This document shows, piece by piece, positions 55,531 through 58,557 of a DNA stretch of 58,557 bases; within the stretch, counting starts at the first letter, position 1; each line of letters starts with the position of its first letter. Under the pieces are notes generated by a model. That model had not been told where the DNA came from. It searched no databases and was given only the letters and a program-made list of their open reading frames with translations. The translations under genes and the position numbers were made by a program. Source of the DNA: Thermoplasmatota archaeon (GTDB lineage: Archaea; Thermoplasmatota; E2; JACPAO01; JAHFTW01); assembly GCA_049617695.1 (NCBI GenBank), contig JBMZJT010000001.1, forward strand, positions 1-58,557, given 5' to 3'.

Positions 55531-55553
55531 TGCAAACGCCCACGTTTGCATTC
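55528..55553. repeat. perfect 11-bp-stem hairpin GAATGCAAACG-CCCA-CGTTTGCATTC (conserved module, copy 1)
   Basis: Read directly from the sequence. The same module occurs at 57332..57357 when both are read in the orientation of their tRNA. Confidence 0.9.
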
Positions 55554-55570
55554 GGAGCGAGGTATTCGCT

Positions 55571-55664
55571 CCGCTCAACCCCGCACAAATCCTTGGTCAA
55601 CCGATGCTCCGCTAAACGAAACAAAGGCAATACGCCTGCGAAGGCGCCGTTGGCAGGATTTGAA
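55571..55664 (-). repeat. proximal 94-nt copy (includes the genuine 3' 20 nt of tRNA-Asn)
   Basis: See 55437..55530. Positions 55645..55664 belong to the intact tRNA. Confidence 0.9.
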
Positions 55665-55716
55665 CCTGCGACCCTCGGATTAACAGTCCGATGCTCCACC
55701 ACTAAGCTACAACGGC
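55645..55716 (-). tRNA. tRNA-Asn (anticodon GUU)
   Basis: Reverse-complement cloverleaf. Acceptor GCCGUUG/CAACGGC, D arm GCUU/GAGC, anticodon stem UCGGA/UCCGA with loop CUGUUAA, T arm GCAGG-UUCAAAU-CCUGC, discriminator G. Confidence 0.9.
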
Positions 55717-55816
55717 AGAGCAGGCGTATCACGTGCCTCAGGGGCACAATCGCCGCCGACTTGGGTCTCCATCATAACCGTTTCTAACCAGCCGGCGCCG
55801 AATCAAGGCCAAACGG

Positions 55817-55824
55817 TTTCAAAT
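55817..55824 (+). promoter_or_regulatory. TATA-like box (TTTCAAAT) about 26 nt upstream of the ATG at 55846; suggests a leaderless transporter mRNA
   Basis: The call is based on position and A/T richness only. Confidence 0.3.
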
Positions 55825-55845
55825 CCCGCCTCCCGTCGTCAGCCG

Positions 55846-57171
55846 ATGGCAGGTCGGGGAGCGTTCAACAGTCGCATCGGTTTCATCATGGCAGCCGTAG
55901 GCAGCGCCGTGGGGCTGGGCAACCTCTGGCGGTTCCCGCAATTGGTCAGTGAAAGTGGCGGCGCGGCGTTTGTGCTGCTCTATCTCATCCTACTGTTTGT
56001 CATCGGCTTGCCGGCTTTGCTTGCCGAATTGAGCATCGGTCGCAAGCGCGGCGTCAATGCCATCCAAGCCTTCAGCGTTGTCAAGGGACGCAACTGGGGT
56101 TGGATTGGCATCATCTACATCTTCACCGCCGTCCTGCTGCTCTCCTATTACTCCGTGGTCGCTGGGCATGCCTTGCGCTACCTCGCGGAAAGCTTCACAG
56201 CGCCCTATTTCGATGCGCCCGGCGACTACTACGCAGGCATCGCAAGCGGCGGGCCGGCCATCATCTACCACGCCTTGTTCATGCTGATCACCATCGGCAT
56301 CCTCGTTCGCGGCGTCGGCCCCGGCATCGAAAAGGCGAACCTCGTCATGATGCCGTTCCTGTTCCTGTCGGTCGTCGCCATTGCGATTTACGGCCTGACC
56401 CTGGACAGCCCCGGCTTCGAGGGCTTCAAATTCTACACCGAGCCCGATCTCAGCGCCCTGACCGCCGGTGGATTCAGTGGCACGGCTGCGCTCCTGGGCG
56501 ACGCCGCGGGCCAGACGTTTTTCAGCATCGGCCTCGGGTTGGGTACCATGCTGACGTACGCCAGCTACATCGACCGCAAGAGCGACCTGCAAAGCACCGG
56601 CATGACCATCGGCTTTGCCGACACCGGTGTCGCCGTCATCGCCGGCCTCATGGTCTTCCCGCTGCTCTTTGGACTCGGCCTGGGCGGTCTTGCCGAGGAA
56701 GGCAACGGTCTCTTCGTCGCACTCCCCGCCGCATTTGCTGAAATCGGCGGCACCCTCGGCGGCGTCTTTGCGGGCGGCTTCTTCCTCCTGCTCGTTTTTG
56801 CTGCTCTGAGCAGCGCCTTGAGCCTCCTGGAAGTGCCCGTGAGCTACATCATCGACCGGACCAACTGGGGCCGCCCCCGTGCCGTCTTGCTGATGGGCCT
56901 CAGTGTCTACGTTTTGGGCCTCCCGGCAGCCCTGTGGGGCGATTACATGGACTTCGCGGATTCCTTGGTCGGCCCGTTGCTCCTGCTCGGTGGCTTCCTG
57001 CTCGCCATTTACGTGGGCTGGCTCGATCGCAGCATCCTCGATGAAATGCGCATCGGCGCCAAGCGCGACTGGGGCAAGATGTGGGCGAGCATCATCCGCT
57101 ACCCGCTGCCTGTGGTGCTGGGAAGCCTGTTCATTTTCTCCGTGATTGGGTTCTTCCGCAACTTATTCTGA
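55846..57171 (+). CDS. sodium-dependent transporter, neurotransmitter:sodium symporter (SNF/NSS) family
   Basis: RIGFIMAAVGSAVGLGNLWRFPQLVSESGGAAFVLLYLILLFVIGLPALLAELSIGR is the NSS TM1-TM2 signature. The protein has about 11-12 TM helices. Confidence 0.9.
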   Translation: MAGRGAFNSRIGFIMAAVGSAVGLGNLWRFPQLVSESGGAAFVLLYLILLFVIGLPALLAELSIGRKRGVNAIQAFSVVKGRNWGWIGIIYIFTAVLLLSYYSVVAGHALRYLAESFTAPYFDAPGDYYAGIASGGPAIIYHALFMLITIGILVRGVGPGIEKANLVMMPFLFLSVVAIAIYGLTLDSPGFEGFKFYTEPDLSALTAGGFSGTAALLGDAAGQTFFSIGLGLGTMLTYASYIDRKSDLQSTGMTIGFADTGVAVIAGLMVFPLLFGLGLGGLAEEGNGLFVALPAAFAEIGGTLGGVFAGGFFLLLVFAALSSALSLLEVPVSYIIDRTNWGRPRAVLLMGLSVYVLGLPAALWGDYMDFADSLVGPLLLLGGFLLAIYVGWLDRSILDEMRIGAKRDWGKMWASIIRYPLPVVLGSLFIFSVIGFFRNLF

Positions 57172-57195
57172 GCCGGGGCAAGCCCCGATTCATAC

Positions 57196-57278
57196 GCGGG
57201 GGTGGCGGAGTTGGCCAAACGCGCCCGACTTAAGATCGGGTCCTACGTGGTTCGCAGGTTCGAGTCCTGCCCCCCGCA
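57196..57278 (+). tRNA. tRNA-Leu (anticodon UAA), class II with long variable arm
   Basis: Acceptor GCGGGGG/CCCCCGC, anticodon stem CCCGA/UCGGG with loop CUUAAGA, a variable arm, T arm GCAGG-UUCGAGU-CCUGC, discriminator A. Confidence 0.9.
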
Positions 57279-57309
57279 TTCTGTTGTTTTTGGGGGTTGT
57301 GCGTGGTCG
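57262..57309 (+). repeat. proximal 48-nt copy: last 17 nt of tRNA-Leu plus 31-nt downstream flank
   Basis: 42 of 48 positions are identical to 57359..57406 at an offset of 97 nt. All six differences are C/T transitions. Confidence 0.85.
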
Positions 57310-57331
57310 AGCGTGGCGAGTGCCGCGCTCC

Positions 57332-57357
57332 GAATGCAAACGTGGGCGTTTGCGTTC
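57332..57357. repeat. hairpin GAATGCAAACG-TGGG-CGTTTGCGTTC (conserved module, copy 2)
   Basis: Read directly from the sequence. It has one G-U wobble relative to the perfect copy at 55528..55553. Confidence 0.9.
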
Positions 57358-57358
57358 T

Positions 57359-57406
57359 GAGTCCTGCCCCCCGCATTTTGCTGCTTTCGGGGGTTGTGTG
57401 CGGTCG
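57359..57406 (+). repeat. distal 48-nt copy of the tRNA-Leu 3' end plus flank
   Basis: See 57262..57309. It ends 2 nt before the stop codon of the convergent ABC-2 permease gene. Confidence 0.85.
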
Positions 57407-57408
57407 TA

Positions 57409-58443
57409 CTAGAGGCGATCCATCTTGAGGCTGCGCGTCGTCCAAGCAATGGCCAGTGTCAGGGCGCCCGCGGCTGCGGCGGCGAGGCCTATGACGACCC
57501 GCCAAGTTGTGCCATCAGCGACGCCTTGGGCGAGCCGCGCGATGAGATTCAATGGATCTTGGGGCAGCGCGGCACTGGCCAGTGCAAGGCTCAGCAGCAA
57601 GACGGCATAGGCGGCCTGGGTCAGCGATTCGTCGCGAACCACGCTGGCGACCCAGGTGCCGAGGCTTGTCAGCAGGATGCCGAGGATGGTGGCCAATGCA
57701 AGCACTGGACTCGGGTGCGGCGTGGCAAACCCATTGATCCAGAAGAGGCCCAGCCACAAGATGACCTGGATGGGCACGAGAAGTACAGGAATGGCCAGTT
57801 TGCCGATGACAATCCGCCAGGCGCCAAGGGGTGCGGCGCGCAGGAGAAGCAGGCTGCGGCTCTTGGATTCCTGGCTCAATGCATCTCCGGCGATGGCGCC
57901 GCTTAGGAAAACCGGCGTGATGACCAGAAGCGGCAGGAGTGTTGCATGCACGAATGTGTACGGCCGATCGGGTCGAATGTCTCGATCCAAGTGTTGCAAC
58001 TCATGATCGAGCCGGTCTTGCCGCTCCGTTTGGAGGCGTTGCTCGTAGTCCAGGAGCAAGTCACGAAACTGGGTGACGAGCAAGGTCGCCTGGATTTCGC
58101 CGTCGGCGACGACGAGCGTGATGTCTCTGGCGTCTTCGCCCCGTTCCTCGACGATGGCGTCGATGCTGCCAGCTTGGAATGCTTGCAAGGCGGCCGATCC
58201 ATTGAGCCGGACCACATCGAGGTTCGGGGCACGTTCGAGGTGCAAGTCGAATCCGCCGGGGCCGACGTAGGCGATGTCGGCGTCGGGTTGGCCGCCCACG
58301 CTGCCCGGGTCATGCAGGGCGGTGAGGCCCGTGAGCAAGAGCGCACTAAAGCCCGCAAGGACGGCTTGCACCAGGAACGCCGTGATGAGGCTCTTTTCCC
58401 GCAGGACGTCCCGCAATTCCTTGCGCAGGAGCGCGCCAATCAT
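57409..58443 (-). CDS. ABC-2 type transporter permease (NatB-like)
   Basis: 344 aa. N-terminus LLRKELRDVLREKSLITAFLV, a long extracytoplasmic loop, then five hydrophobic helices. The ATG overlaps the upstream gene stop (ATGA). Confidence 0.6.
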   Translation of the reverse strand: MIGALLRKELRDVLREKSLITAFLVQAVLAGFSALLLTGLTALHDPGSVGGQPDADIAYVGPGGFDLHLERAPNLDVVRLNGSAALQAFQAGSIDAIVEERGEDARDITLVVADGEIQATLLVTQFRDLLLDYEQRLQTERQDRLDHELQHLDRDIRPDRPYTFVHATLLPLLVITPVFLSGAIAGDALSQESKSRSLLLLRAAPLGAWRIVIGKLAIPVLLVPIQVILWLGLFWINGFATPHPSPVLALATILGILLTSLGTWVASVVRDESLTQAAYAVLLLSLALASAALPQDPLNLIARLAQGVADGTTWRVVIGLAAAAAGALTLAIAWTTRSLKMDRL

Positions 58444-58557
58444 AGCACCCCTCCGAGCAGCACTTGATCATAGATGCCATGCACGGCCAGCGCGGCGAGC
58501 AACCCAAGCACGGGTCGCCCACGGGTCATGCCGATGGCGAGCATACCGGCCGTGATG
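58440..58557 (-). CDS. 3' end of a membrane protein gene running off the window (possibly a second ABC-2 permease)
   Basis: Hand translation of the frame ending in the TGA at 58440..58442 gives ...ITAGMLAIGMTRGRPVLGLLAALAVHGIYDQVLLGGVL*. It is hydrophobic and partial. Confidence 0.3.
   Translation of the reverse strand, partial: ITAGMLAIGMTRGRPVLGLLAALAVHGIYDQVLLGGVL

Noticed and set aside
55437-55664. Considered whether the direct repeats at the two tRNA loci could be a mini CRISPR array
   Set aside because: There are only two copies per locus. The repeats are 48-94 nt long and include tRNA sequence, the spacers are 40-49 nt and conserved between loci, and there are no cas genes in the window.
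55091-55787. ORFs of 85-218 aa crossing the tRNA-Asn region (and the analogous 57230..57505 ORFs at tRNA-Leu) that show internally repeated peptides
   Set aside because: The peptide repeats are just translations of the nucleotide direct repeats and of the tRNA genes themselves. There is no coding support.
55400-57420. Calling an integrated mobile element at the tRNA loci
   Set aside because: No integrase, transposase or other element-borne gene lies between or next to the duplicated tRNA 3' ends, and the intervening DNA is only about 40-50 nt. It is therefore reported as an unexplained repeat architecture rather than annotated as a mobile element.

Overview
GC-rich archaeal chromosomal segment. 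The archaeal assignment rests on Orc1/Cdc6, TFE, archaeosine tRNA-guanine transglycosylase, aTrm56, Dph2, RNase HII, archaeal-type phosphopantothenate synthetase and CTP-dependent riboflavin kinase. Coding density is high, many adjacent genes overlap by 1-10 nt, and GTG/TTG starts are common. Because of the GC bias, very long antisense shadow ORFs (up to 1857 aa) occur and must be ignored. Content falls into five groups. (1) Housekeeping genes: cdc6, tgtA, NAD de novo synthesis (nadA, nadX, nadC), 2-oxoacid:ferredoxin oxidoreductase, rnhB, dph2, mfnA and three tRNAs (Thr-CGU, Asn-GUU, Leu-UAA). (2) At least seven secreted proteins, including a 1817-aa giant. Most end in an acidic linker, a (S/A)PG-type motif, a hydrophobic helix and an Arg-rich tail. 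(3) An archaeosortase / archaetidylserine decarboxylase / archaetidylserine synthase operon that is translationally coupled to an unrecognisable 267-aa CxxC protein. I consider this the most interesting system in the window. (4) A nuclease-fold gene overlapping a MutS-like ATPase gene, a histidine kinase / response regulator / degenerate RecA-like trio, and a divergent fatty-acid desaturase and HxlR pair. (5) Unexplained non-coding structure. Both tRNA-Asn and tRNA-Leu are followed by a second copy of their T-loop-to-3'-end plus downstream flank, and in both cases the copies are separated by the same ~31-nt hairpin module. No CRISPR array, rRNA, integrase or transposase gene was recognised. 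All calls come from reading the supplied translations and the sequence; no database search was run.
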